This document shows positions 24,862-34,090 of a stretch of DNA of 64,000 nt, piece after piece. Below the pieces are notes generated by a model. That model made no database searches. It was not told where the DNA came from and worked only from the letters and a program-made list of their open reading frames with translations. Position 1 is the stretch's first letter. Every line of letters begins with the position of its first letter. The stretch is from an uncultured Bacteroidales bacterium (GTDB taxonomy: Bacteria; Bacteroidota; Bacteroidia; Bacteroidales; WCHB1-69): assembly GCA_946186495.1 (NCBI GenBank), contig CAMHNQ010000002.1, forward strand, positions 28,736 through 92,735. The letters are read 5' to 3'. The position numbers and the translations under genes were made by a program.

Positions 24862-24985
24862 CCCTATATTAAAGAACAACTACCTTGAGCAGCCCCGGAG
24901 GGGCAAGACGCGCGAAGCGCTGATAACCCCACACAAGCGTAGCGCAGTGTGGGGTATCTCCCACCCGCGCAGCGCGGTGCGTGGC
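24862..24985 (+). repeat. REP-like three-hairpin element, copy 2 (with an extra 3' hairpin module)
   Basis: ccctatattaaagaacaactaccttgagcaGCCCCggaGGGGCaagacGCGCgaaGCGCtgataaCCCCACACaagcgtagcgcaGTGTGGGGtatctcccacccgcgcagcgcggtgcgtgg. Confidence 0.75.
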
Positions 24986-25507
24986 GTGTCACGTGGCTGT
25001 GGCGTAGCTCGGCGGGCGGCCTCCCTGCTCGCGATGGTGCTGCTGCTCGCCGGCTGCCGCATGTCGGTGTCGCTCACCGGCGGCACAGTGGACGCGCGCG
25101 CCAAGACGGTTGCCATCGCCACGTTCCCGAACAACGCCTCCCTGGTGAACCCGACGCTGAGCCAGAGCTTTACTACGGCCCTGAAGGACAAAATACAGGC
25201 GCAGACCCCGCTGACAATCGTCAATACGAACGGCGACTATGCCATAGAGGGGGAAATCACCGACTATACGGTGAACCCGGTGGCCATCCAAGGCAACGAC
25301 GCACCCGCCATGAACCGTCTGACCATCACGGTGCGAGTGCGTTTCTTCAACAAGTTTGACGAAGAGCAGAATTTCGATCAGTCGTTCTCGCGTTACGCGG
25401 ACTACTACAGCTCCCAGAACCTCAGTAGTGTTGAGACCTCCTTGGTAACCGAGATCAGCGACGCCCTCACCGACGACATTTTCAACAAGGCGTTCGTGAA
25501 CTGGTAG
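24986..25507 (+). CDS. lptE: LptE-like LPS-assembly lipoprotein (start uncertain: GTG 24977/24986 or ATG 25034)
   Basis: Lipoprotein signal VSRGCGVARRAASLLAMVLLLAGC. The body (AKTVAIATFPNNASLVNPTLSQSFTTALKDKIQAQTPLTIV..GDYAIEGEITDYTVNPVAIQG..NRLTITVRVRFFN...DDIFNKAFVNW) matches the Bacteroidota LptE-family pattern as I recall it. The upstream part of ORF 24818.. is the repeat element. Confidence 0.6.
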   Translation: MSRGCGVARRAASLLAMVLLLAGCRMSVSLTGGTVDARAKTVAIATFPNNASLVNPTLSQSFTTALKDKIQAQTPLTIVNTNGDYAIEGEITDYTVNPVAIQGNDAPAMNRLTITVRVRFFNKFDEEQNFDQSFSRYADYYSSQNLSSVETSLVTEISDALTDDIFNKAFVNW

Positions 25508-25530
25508 GAGCATCGAATGAGAATTTTGTG

Positions 25531-25538
25531 TACCTTTG
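25531..25538 (+). promoter_or_regulatory. Candidate -7 box (TACCTTTG) for the nitroreductase gene
   Basis: tacctttg lies 21 nt upstream of the ATG at 25559. Confidence 0.55.
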
Positions 25539-25558
25539 CATCAAAAAATATTACCGAT

Positions 25559-26386
25559 ATGAGCAACGACAAGGCATCCAATTCCGTTTGTCCCCATTGT
25601 GGCGGCGTTGGAGTGATAAAATCCGATTACAATCCGACTTTGGAAACCCTTTTCAACCACGCGAGCGTGCGCGAGTACAGCGATCGCCCTGTGGATGACG
25701 AAACCCTGAACCTGATCCTGAAGGCGGCCTGCAGTGGCTCCACGATGGGCAACATGCAGCTGTTCAGCATCATTGTGACTCGAGACGATGCGATGAAGGC
25801 CAAGCTCGCGCCCTATCACTTCAACCAGCCGATGGCAACCTCCGCACCGGTCATCCTCACTTTCTGCGCCGACTTCCGCCGCTTCAACCAGTACTGCCGG
25901 TTCCGCGACGCCAACACCGAGGCCTACAGCAACCTGCAAAGCTACCAGTGGGCTGTCACCGACGCGCTTATCGCCGCTCAGAACGCCTGCGTGGCCGCCG
26001 AAGCTCTCGGACTCGGCTTCGTCTGGCTCGGCACCATCACCTACAACGTCGACAAGTTTGTGGAGACGTTGCAACTGCCCCGGCACGTCATCCCTGTGGC
26101 CTGCATCCCGATGGGCTACCCCGTGAAGAGGCCCGCCCTGACGCAAAAGCTGCCCATGGAGACCTTTGTGCACCGGGAGGTTTACCGCGACTACGATGAA
26201 CAGCGCATCGACGAGTTCTACCGCGAAAAGGAAAACTCCGAGGAGACGAAGCAGATCCTCGCCGAGAACCCTGACTGCGAAAACCTCGCGCAGGTCTTCA
26301 CCAAGCACCGCTACACCCAGCCCGACAACGAGCATTTCGCGCAGGTGCTGAAGGAAACGCTGGAACGACAGGGGTTTGCGAGGTGA
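25559..26386 (+). CDS. Nitroreductase-family oxidoreductase with short N-terminal CxxC segment
   Basis: MSNDKASNSVCPHCGGVG... then a nitroreductase-fold pattern (HASVREYSDRPV, GNMQLFSIIVTRD, DALIAAQNACVAAEALGLG). The start is moved to the ATG after the promoter box. Confidence 0.8.
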   Translation: MSNDKASNSVCPHCGGVGVIKSDYNPTLETLFNHASVREYSDRPVDDETLNLILKAACSGSTMGNMQLFSIIVTRDDAMKAKLAPYHFNQPMATSAPVILTFCADFRRFNQYCRFRDANTEAYSNLQSYQWAVTDALIAAQNACVAAEALGLGFVWLGTITYNVDKFVETLQLPRHVIPVACIPMGYPVKRPALTQKLPMETFVHREVYRDYDEQRIDEFYREKENSEETKQILAENPDCENLAQVFTKHRYTQPDNEHFAQVLKETLERQGFAR

Positions 26387-26469
26387 ATTAAGTGTTAAGC
26401 AGACTCCCCAAAGCAACAAAAATGCACTTTTACCCACTGTTTAATTCATAAATTATAATTCATCATTGA

Positions 26470-29061
26470 ATGAACCGACTTCTCCTCCCTATCATCCTCC
26501 TAACCATCCTGCTGGTGGCCTGCCGCACCGACAAGACCCAGACGACCCTGAGGCAGTCAACCCGCGTCTATCTCAACTCCGAGTACGGATGCCATGAAAG
26601 CACCTGGCAATTCCGCTACGGTAGCCAATGGTACGCCGCCACCGTGCCGGGAAACATCCACGACGACCTGCTCGCCAACAAACTGATCCCCGACCCGTTC
26701 TACGGCGACAACGAATCGAAAGTGCAATGGGTCGCCGACAGCGTCTGGGAGTACCGCGCCGTCTTCAACGGGGTCTGCGGCCAGAAGGGCGAATACCCCC
26801 ACAATGAGTTGGTATTCGAGGGGTTGGACACTTACGCGGAAGTCTTCCTCAACGGGGTGAGGCTGACCGCCTCCAATGGGGACACGATGGCGAACAACAT
26901 GTTCCGGACGTGGCGTTTCCCGCTGCCCGACAAGCTGAAGGAGACTGGCAACGAACTGATTGTCAGATTTCTGCCGACCGAACCGTTCGACAGCGTCGCA
27001 GCTTCGAAACTGCCGTACAAGCTCCCCGACAACCGCGTCTTCACCCGCAAGGCACAGTACGAGAGCGGTTGGGACTGGGGCCCGAAGCTCAACACCTGCG
27101 GCATCTGGAAAAACGTTTACATTGAATCCTGGAATGTCTTGAAAGTCAATGACTTTTACGTGAAAGACACGGAGCCCTCGCGTGATTCTACCCGGCCGTG
27201 GATAGCCGAAGTGGAGGTTGAGGTGGAGTCCGACAGAAAAGTGACCACCCAGATATGGATAGACATCACCGACAAGGACGGCTACAGCCAGCGAATCCGT
27301 CACAAGGCGCATCTGCACAAAGGAACGAACAAAGTGGTGATTCCCGTCACTATTGAGCATCCGAAGCTGTGGTGGCCGAATGGCGCTGGCGAGCCGCACC
27401 TCTATTACTTCACGGTTAAGGGCAGCCGTGTTGGCAATGGCCTCGTCCACACGCACGGGTTGCGCACGGTGGAACTCGTCCAGAAGCGCGACAGCATCGG
27501 CGAGTCGTTCCAGTTCATCGTCAACGGAAAGCCGCTATTCATGCGCGGCGCCGACTGGATTCCTGCCTCCTCGTACCCGGGCACGCTTGCCCGAAGCGAG
27601 GGCGATGACCGTTACGCGGAACTCATCAAGCAGGCCAAAGACGCGAACATGAACATGTTACGGATTTGGGGCGGCGGCCTGTACGAACACGAGGCTTTCT
27701 ACCACTATTGCGACCAAATGGGTATTCTCGTGTGGCAGGACTTCATGTTCGCCTGCAACATCTATCCCGGCGACGAGGTTTTCCTGCAAAACGTGGAGCA
27801 GGAGGCGACGGAGCAGGTAAAACGGCTGCGCCACCATGCCTGCATCGCTACGTGGTGCGGCAACAACGAGGTGCATAACGGCTTGGAAGACTGGGGATGG
27901 AAGGATGCGTTGGGCTATACCGACCAGCAATACGCCGATATGTACAAGGATTACGGCCAACTGTTCGAAAAACTGCTGCCGAAGGTCTGCGCAAGCAACA
28001 TGTACAAGCCCAACTACGTGCACACCTCACCGACCTACGGTTGGGGACACCCCGAGTGCACCACCCACGGCTGCAGCCACTACTGGGGAGTCTGGTGGGG
28101 CGAGCTTCCTTTCGAGATTTGGTGGGAGAAGACCGGCCGTTTCATGACCGAATATGGCTTCCAATCCTACCCGGAAATGTCGCTCTGGAAAGCCTTCATC
28201 CCTGAAGGCGAACGCGATCTTCGCTCCCCGTCCATGCGCAACCACCAGAAGCACGGTCGTGGGGTACCCATTATCCTGAAAGCGATGGAAGACCTCTACG
28301 GATTCAAAGATACGAATGATCTCGACAAGTTCGTTTATATCAGCCAGTTGGTGCAGAGCGACGGCATTGCGCAGGCCATCGAGGCTCACCGCATACAGCA
28401 CGACAAGTGCAGCGGCACGCTCTTCTGGCAGCTCAACGACTGCTGGCCGGTGGCCTCTTGGAGCTGCATTGACGTGGCCGGGAACCCGAAGGCGCTGTAC
28501 TACCGCCTGCCGCAACTGTACGCCGACTTGGCCATCGCCTCGCGCCATATCTCGCAGGATACCATCGAATTGTATCTGATCAATGACAGTTTCGCAACGG
28601 TGAGCGGAAAAATGGAGTGGAACATCAAGACCCTGGACGGGAAAATAGTGCATTCCGCCCGAGGGGACGCCTCTGCGCCAGCCAACAGTAGCAAGAAAAC
28701 CGCTGTTGTGGTATTGCCCAAAGGCGTGAGTGATCCGGGAAATGTTTACTTGGAGGCTGAATTTGCCCCAGAAAATGCCGAGAGAGTGACATATTTGACC
28801 TATTTCGTGAAACCTAAAGCATTAAATCTCTCATTCCAACCGGTTCAGGTCAAGACTGAATACGGGGACCATTCCGCCGAAATCCATCTCTCTGCGAAAT
28901 CATTGAAAAAAGGCGTGTTCATCGAGGAGACACACGGCTACAAAGTGATTTTTTCCGATAATTACTTCGATTTGAAACCCAACGAAGAGGTCGTCATAAA
29001 GGTGGAGTATCCGTTGTTGGATGCTAAGCCAATGTTCCGCGTGCGGACTGTCGCTGGATGA
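26470..29061 (+). CDS. GH2-family beta-mannosidase
   Basis: 863 aa with a signal/lipoprotein-like N-terminus (..LLVAC). LRIWGGGLYEHEAFYHYCDQMGILVWQDFMFAC and CGNNEV blocks typical of beta-mannosidases. Confidence 0.85.
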   Translation: MNRLLLPIILLTILLVACRTDKTQTTLRQSTRVYLNSEYGCHESTWQFRYGSQWYAATVPGNIHDDLLANKLIPDPFYGDNESKVQWVADSVWEYRAVFNGVCGQKGEYPHNELVFEGLDTYAEVFLNGVRLTASNGDTMANNMFRTWRFPLPDKLKETGNELIVRFLPTEPFDSVAASKLPYKLPDNRVFTRKAQYESGWDWGPKLNTCGIWKNVYIESWNVLKVNDFYVKDTEPSRDSTRPWIAEVEVEVESDRKVTTQIWIDITDKDGYSQRIRHKAHLHKGTNKVVIPVTIEHPKLWWPNGAGEPHLYYFTVKGSRVGNGLVHTHGLRTVELVQKRDSIGESFQFIVNGKPLFMRGADWIPASSYPGTLARSEGDDRYAELIKQAKDANMNMLRIWGGGLYEHEAFYHYCDQMGILVWQDFMFACNIYPGDEVFLQNVEQEATEQVKRLRHHACIATWCGNNEVHNGLEDWGWKDALGYTDQQYADMYKDYGQLFEKLLPKVCASNMYKPNYVHTSPTYGWGHPECTTHGCSHYWGVWWGELPFEIWWEKTGRFMTEYGFQSYPEMSLWKAFIPEGERDLRSPSMRNHQKHGRGVPIILKAMEDLYGFKDTNDLDKFVYISQLVQSDGIAQAIEAHRIQHDKCSGTLFWQLNDCWPVASWSCIDVAGNPKALYYRLPQLYADLAIASRHISQDTIELYLINDSFATVSGKMEWNIKTLDGKIVHSARGDASAPANSSKKTAVVVLPKGVSDPGNVYLEAEFAPENAERVTYLTYFVKPKALNLSFQPVQVKTEYGDHSAEIHLSAKSLKKGVFIEETHGYKVIFSDNYFDLKPNEEVVIKVEYPLLDAKPMFRVRTVAG

Positions 29062-29217
29062 GAGGCAGTCACTCGTTGGATGAATCATCGAACAAGGAAG
29101 CGTGTGGTGTCCGCACTTGGGAAACGCACGAGAGGGTTCAAGCGCAATTCGGGCAGGAAATCCTCACTGCTTGTCAGTGAAGCCGGGGATGGAATGGCTT
29201 GAGGAGTGGCCGTTGGG

Positions 29218-31209
29218 TTATTCTTCATAGAGGAATTCGCGCAGTTCTTCTGCAGTGAAGCAGAATCTCTTAGAGGCGCTTGAGACGGATTTCATGCTTT
29301 TCTTGGGTTTTTGCGGGACCCGGTAACGATAACACAGCCCGTAGCCCGCGCTGGTGTACAGGTCGATCATTCCGCGGATGTCCTCGCCGCCGGCCACAAA
29401 GGAGGACTCCAATTGCCAGCGGATTTCTTCGTTGTTGACCATGTCGAGTGGGAATCCGTCTGCCAAGGTGTAGTAATAGATAATCATTCCATTTTCAACG
29501 CCTATCGAGTCGAGGACTGTGAACTCGTCCGTACGGGTAGGGCATTCCCGGTTGAACGCGGGCAAGACATCTTCCAAGATGGTTCTCCGCAGCTCCGCGC
29601 GGATTACTTCGGACGGCACCGCCAACGCCGAGTCGATGTCGCTCGTGGAGTAGGCGAGTGTCCGGATCTGCCCGTCTGGGAATCGCCAGTGCAGGGTGAT
29701 GCCCGCATCCAACTCGGCCAAAGTCACCAGTATGGTGGTGTCGAGGTCGAGGAGGTCGCGGTAGTCTTTTTCCCCGACGGAGCTGAGGAAGAGTTCCGCC
29801 ATGTCGGGGGCTACCGAGTAGTGATAGTGGAGGACGCTGTTCCGGAAAGCCACGCTGTCGAGGGCTCCGAAGTCGAGTGCCAACGGGAGACTGTCGCGGT
29901 TGAACTGCTCCATTTCCCGCAACAGTCGCTCCGTCATCATTTGCCGCTGAATACGGTCCGTGACCCCGTCGTAGGTGCTCTCTTCCATTTCCGGACTGTC
30001 CCGGATCTCGTCCGACGGGATGAAGATGTCGATGGTGCGGCGGGTGTCCGCTTCCATGTAGAGCAGCCTGACCCCTTTCAGGCGCTGGTAGAAGCGTTCG
30101 AGGGTGATGATTCCGCCGTCATACACAGCGGAACTGCCGATGAACTTCTCGTAAGCCCGTCGGAGATTCACGGCGGTGCTTCTTCGGATGAGCTCCTCGT
30201 TTTCGGCAGAACTTCTTTCGCCGTAAAGCTCCGGTGCCAAGGTGTAGGTGTATTGCAGGACCTGGTCGGTATATTCGACATCGGTCAGGCGAATGTCCGG
30301 GTCAGGACTCAATTCGTCCTTTTTTTTGGCAAGCATAAACTCTTGATGAACAATCTGTTCCTGAATAAAGGTGTCGATTTGGGCATCGGCGGCGGGCTTG
30401 AGCTTGCCGGAGGCCTTCATCCAGTCCTCCAGCTCGGCGTGGGGGACGATGAGGTGGGCGATTTCGTTTCGCAGGGTGTCGCGGAATCGGAACATGAGTT
30501 GAATGTCCGCATTCACATAGATTTCAAACAAGTCGAGGTTCGTCTGGAAGAAGCTCTTGTACTGCAGTTTGAACGTCGGGAGAACCATCTCCACATGTTC
30601 CCGTTTGTAATTTTTATCTTCAAAGAAGGTGTAGAGGTAGAATAGGGTGTCGCCGGCGAGATAAACAGTATCAATGCGGGTGTGTTCGTCGATCCGGTTG
30701 GGTATATTCCGGTTGTTGCTGTTGTTGATATAGCGTATGTTTTCCCGTCCCTGCCATTTCTTGCCGTTCTTGTATTCGGGCTTGGCGCGGTCGGCCCAGA
30801 TTTGCCGGGCTTCCGAAGGCGAGTAGCGGAGCGTGAGCCGCGCGTCGGAACTGTCGATGGTGATGTCATAGACGAAGCCGCCCTTGATGTCGCCCAGCTT
30901 CTCATACAGGTAGTTGAACTCCACGGGCTCCAGCCGGTAGCGGAGGCGGTCGGCGAAATAGCGCCGCAGGTCCGCACTGTCGCGCCCTTCCGCGAACAAC
31001 TCCTTCAGGGTGAGGTCGAAATGCAGGTAGCCGGACTTGTAGCTCAGCATGTTGACTGTCCAGGCCAGCTCGTGGCGGGGGCAGTTTCGCTTGTTGTTCA
31101 TACCCGCCACCTTGGCATACATCTCCCGGTCAATGGGCTGTGCCTGCAGCGTGCCCGCGAGTAGCGCCGCGACGAAGAGGAGGCGCGTTGTTGCTTTGAC
31201 GGGGTTCAT
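29218..31209 (-). CDS. Secreted hypothetical protein built from about five degenerate 110-130-aa repeats
   Basis: Start set at ATG 31209 (MNPVKATTRLLFVAALLAGTLQAQ signal peptide), 5 nt after the upstream stop. Recurrent motif: IDTVYLAGDTLFYLYTF / LTDVEYTDQVLQYTYTL / LDSVAFRNSVLHYHYSV / LDSIGVENGMIIYYYTL. I recognise no known family. Confidence 0.75.
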   Translation of the reverse strand: MNPVKATTRLLFVAALLAGTLQAQPIDREMYAKVAGMNNKRNCPRHELAWTVNMLSYKSGYLHFDLTLKELFAEGRDSADLRRYFADRLRYRLEPVEFNYLYEKLGDIKGGFVYDITIDSSDARLTLRYSPSEARQIWADRAKPEYKNGKKWQGRENIRYINNSNNRNIPNRIDEHTRIDTVYLAGDTLFYLYTFFEDKNYKREHVEMVLPTFKLQYKSFFQTNLDLFEIYVNADIQLMFRFRDTLRNEIAHLIVPHAELEDWMKASGKLKPAADAQIDTFIQEQIVHQEFMLAKKKDELSPDPDIRLTDVEYTDQVLQYTYTLAPELYGERSSAENEELIRRSTAVNLRRAYEKFIGSSAVYDGGIITLERFYQRLKGVRLLYMEADTRRTIDIFIPSDEIRDSPEMEESTYDGVTDRIQRQMMTERLLREMEQFNRDSLPLALDFGALDSVAFRNSVLHYHYSVAPDMAELFLSSVGEKDYRDLLDLDTTILVTLAELDAGITLHWRFPDGQIRTLAYSTSDIDSALAVPSEVIRAELRRTILEDVLPAFNRECPTRTDEFTVLDSIGVENGMIIYYYTLADGFPLDMVNNEEIRWQLESSFVAGGEDIRGMIDLYTSAGYGLCYRYRVPQKPKKSMKSVSSASKRFCFTAEELREFLYEE

Positions 31210-31214
31210 GCCGG

Positions 31215-32909
31215 CTACCTCCTTCCCACCAGTACCCCCGACACGTTCCAGGCACTGAAGTAGGAGCCTTCGCGCTGCCCCTGCGGGATGGCGACGGTGA
31301 TTGTGTGCTCGCCAGGGGCAAGGCCCGTGAGGTCGAAATAGACCGGCTGCGTGGCGGTGCCGGGGCACCAGCCCGAACGCGAGTAGTCCGACGAGGAGAG
31401 CCCGTTCCAGAAATTGCCCGATGCGGGGTTATAGACCCGGAAAGTGCCGCAGTCGCTGCGCCACGGCGTGTGGCGGAAGCGCGGCGCCCCGTCGATAAGG
31501 ATCACGTTCTCCTTCGGCACGAACTCGTCGCCCGTGTCCCAGCCGCCGTGTCCCGTGCTGATGTAGCGCAGACGCAGCGAGGTGAGCCCCTCCGGCACCG
31601 TGAACGTCACCGTCAGGCTGTCGCTGCCGAAAAGCGTCCCGTAGTTCTGCCCCGACATCTCCATCACGTTGCAAGTGTTGAAGAGCGGCAGCGTCCAGCA
31701 GTGTTCGTCGGCGTTGCCCGACCATTCGTAGCTCTCGGGGTAGGCCTTCAGGTCGAGGGAAATCTTGTGCCCGCCGGCATCGTAGTTGCCGATGAATGCC
31801 CCGATATAGACATCGCCTTGCAGATACTGCCGCAAGTCGCTGACATCCTGCTTGTAGTAGGCGGCGTCCTCCCAATCCTTTCCGTTCAAGGAGCGGTACT
31901 GGTTGAAATGGTGCACCCCGAACGGCGTGAAGAAGCGGACGAGCTCCACTAAAGGCGTGTAGTCCTTCTCCAACCTGATGCCTTGATATTGTCCGCCGTT
32001 CTTGTCGGTGAAGACGGGCAGCACACCCACGCTGTCAATCAGCGCGTTGAGGAAGCTGACCTTTTGCGAGGCGGGGATCACGAAGATGGAGCCGGTGCGG
32101 TCGTAAGCATCTCCGTTCGACTGCTCGGTGAGTTCCGCAAACAACTGGTAATGGGCGGGTAGCTGCTTGAGGTTGAGCCGTTTCAGAATAATGGTGCCGT
32201 TGGAGTAGGGGAGGACGGTGTCGAAAGGGACGACGCGGGATTTCTCTATTTTCGGGTTGAAGCAGATTTGCGCGTCGTGGAAGATGGGGATGGTGATGAC
32301 GAGCTTCTCCTTTTCGAGGTTGCTGAGGGCGCGACGGTCGGCGTATAGCCCGAGGTCTTCGGGGATGATGTGTTCGACATCCTTGTATTTCTCCACGGAG
32401 GCTAAACGCGTGGTGGTGTTGCCGTTGCGGACGATCTGCACGACAACGCCGGGCAGGTTGCCGAAAGAGGCGGAGGGCGTGGCGCGGAGGTTCTTCAGGT
32501 CTTCCGTGACCCAAATCTCCATTTTGTTGGAAAAGAGGCTGGTGGTATATTTTTTGCAGTTGTAACCGTGTATTTTTTCGGTTTTCTCCAGCTTGTACTC
32601 GTTGCTGTTGTTGAGGCTGTAGCCTGTGTAATACCGCTCGACTTTCGAGTAGTAAAGTTGGTGGAAGACGGTGTCGCGGTTGTAATCAATATAAGTGAAA
32701 TGCTTGGCGATGCCTGGGATGGGGTTGGCCTCTTCGGGGTCAGCCGAACTGATGAGCGCGCAGTTCTGGTTCGGGGAAGCGGCCACGAGCGTGCGCGACG
32801 TGTCGGTGCTGCCGTCGGAGAAAGACTTGTAAGTCAGCCAGCGTTGGGCATGGGAGAAGAAGACGGTCATCATCATGATTGCGATGAAGAGAATGTTTTT
32901 CCTTGTCAT
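31215..32909 (-). CDS. PNGase F-like (peptide-N-glycosidase F-related) protein with N-terminal GLPGLI-like region
   Basis: Start ATG 32909 (MTRKNILFIAIMMMTVFFSHAQ). GDAYDRTGSIFVIP compares with PNGase F CDEWDRYANVYV. YISTGHGGW..GDEF compares with TISGWGHA..CAEW. GNFW..SRSGWCPGTATQPVYFDL compares with GNWAPDRAGWCPGMAVPTRIDV. The comparison is with the Elizabethkingia enzyme sequence from memory. Confidence 0.6.
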   Translation of the reverse strand: MTRKNILFIAIMMMTVFFSHAQRWLTYKSFSDGSTDTSRTLVAASPNQNCALISSADPEEANPIPGIAKHFTYIDYNRDTVFHQLYYSKVERYYTGYSLNNSNEYKLEKTEKIHGYNCKKYTTSLFSNKMEIWVTEDLKNLRATPSASFGNLPGVVVQIVRNGNTTTRLASVEKYKDVEHIIPEDLGLYADRRALSNLEKEKLVITIPIFHDAQICFNPKIEKSRVVPFDTVLPYSNGTIILKRLNLKQLPAHYQLFAELTEQSNGDAYDRTGSIFVIPASQKVSFLNALIDSVGVLPVFTDKNGGQYQGIRLEKDYTPLVELVRFFTPFGVHHFNQYRSLNGKDWEDAAYYKQDVSDLRQYLQGDVYIGAFIGNYDAGGHKISLDLKAYPESYEWSGNADEHCWTLPLFNTCNVMEMSGQNYGTLFGSDSLTVTFTVPEGLTSLRLRYISTGHGGWDTGDEFVPKENVILIDGAPRFRHTPWRSDCGTFRVYNPASGNFWNGLSSSDYSRSGWCPGTATQPVYFDLTGLAPGEHTITVAIPQGQREGSYFSAWNVSGVLVGRR

Positions 32910-32998
32910 ACGATTTTGATTTTCGGTTGCAAAAATACGCATTTTTTCCTGACAAAAACAAACGAGAAAACTTGCGTCTTGTATTTCCGCAATAAGTC

Positions 32999-33031
32999 AA
33001 AAAAAAAAAGGCCGCGATTGATATCGCGGCC
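32999..33031 (-). terminator. Rho-independent terminator after tsf
   Basis: Perfect 9-bp stem ggccgcgat/atcgcggcc with a 4-nt loop. On the minus strand it is followed by an 11-nt T run. Confidence 0.75.
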
Positions 33032-33055
33032 TTCATATCAAGTTTGATCAAGAGA

Positions 33056-34063
33056 TTACTCGCCGATTTGTCTGCGGACGAAACCAGTGCAAGCCAGGTC
33101 TTTGTCCATTCTCTTGATATAGTCGCCTACGCTCTCTTTACCGTCGCTGCCCATGACGAGCACTTGGTATTTGAGGGTGCTTTCCTTGAAGAACTTCACT
33201 AAGCGACCTTGTGCGATTTGTTGAATCTGTTTTTCATTGAGGTTGGCGGCAGCCTTTTCGGCCTCCTCGACTTTGATTTTGCGTGCGAGTTCTGCCTGTT
33301 CCTCGGTAATCCAACCTTTCGCCATATTGGAGTTGATATGGTCGTCGCTGTCGACGTGTGCGGGGTTGATGCCGGCTTTGTGGAGGGCGGCGTCAACGGC
33401 TCTTTGGACCATTTCGAGGCGGGTCTTCTCGATGCCGACGGAGAGCTCGCGGTCCTTCACGTCTTGCGGGATGGCGTTTTCGTCAAGGGCGACAGGTGCC
33501 ATGGCGGTGATGTGCAGGGCGACGTTATGGGCAGCTTCCGCAGCTTTCTCGCCGGGTTTGTTGAAGCCCACGAGAGTGGCCTTGTGGTTGCCCATGTGGT
33601 TGTAGGCTTCCACGTAGGGGGCTTCGAGAACCAGATAGTCGGGGCATTCGATCTTCTCGCCGGTCTTGCCGGTCAGTTCGACCAGTTTCTCGGCCACGGT
33701 CATGCCGCCGCAGTCCATGTTCAGAAGTTCCTCCTTCGTTTTGATGTCGGCAGCCATAGCCTTGTCGAGGACGCTGTCGGTGAAGTTGACGAATTCTTCG
33801 CCTTTGCCCACGAAGTCGGTTTCGCAGGCCATGACGAGCATATAGCCTTTTGTCCTGTCAGCGTTGGTCTTGGCGATGATACGGCCTTCGTTGGAAGAGC
33901 GGTCAGCGCGTTTGGCGGCCACTTTCTGGCCTTTCTTGCGGAGGATGTCGCGTGCTTTCTCGAAGTCGCCGTCAGCCTCTACGAGGGCCTTTTTGCAGTC
34001 CATCATGCCGATTCCGGTCTCTTGTCTCAGTTTGTTAACATCTGCAGCTGTGATATTAGCCAT
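33056..34063 (-). CDS. tsf: Translation elongation factor Ts
   Basis: MANITAADVNKLRQETGIGMMDCKKALVEADGDFEKARDILRKKG..., 335 aa, adjacent to rpsB. Confidence 0.95.
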   Translation of the reverse strand: MANITAADVNKLRQETGIGMMDCKKALVEADGDFEKARDILRKKGQKVAAKRADRSSNEGRIIAKTNADRTKGYMLVMACETDFVGKGEEFVNFTDSVLDKAMAADIKTKEELLNMDCGGMTVAEKLVELTGKTGEKIECPDYLVLEAPYVEAYNHMGNHKATLVGFNKPGEKAAEAAHNVALHITAMAPVALDENAIPQDVKDRELSVGIEKTRLEMVQRAVDAALHKAGINPAHVDSDDHINSNMAKGWITEEQAELARKIKVEEAEKAAANLNEKQIQQIAQGRLVKFFKESTLKYQVLVMGSDGKESVGDYIKRMDKDLACTGFVRRQIGE

Positions 34064-34090
34064 ATTGTTGTAGGATTTTTCGTGATTAAT

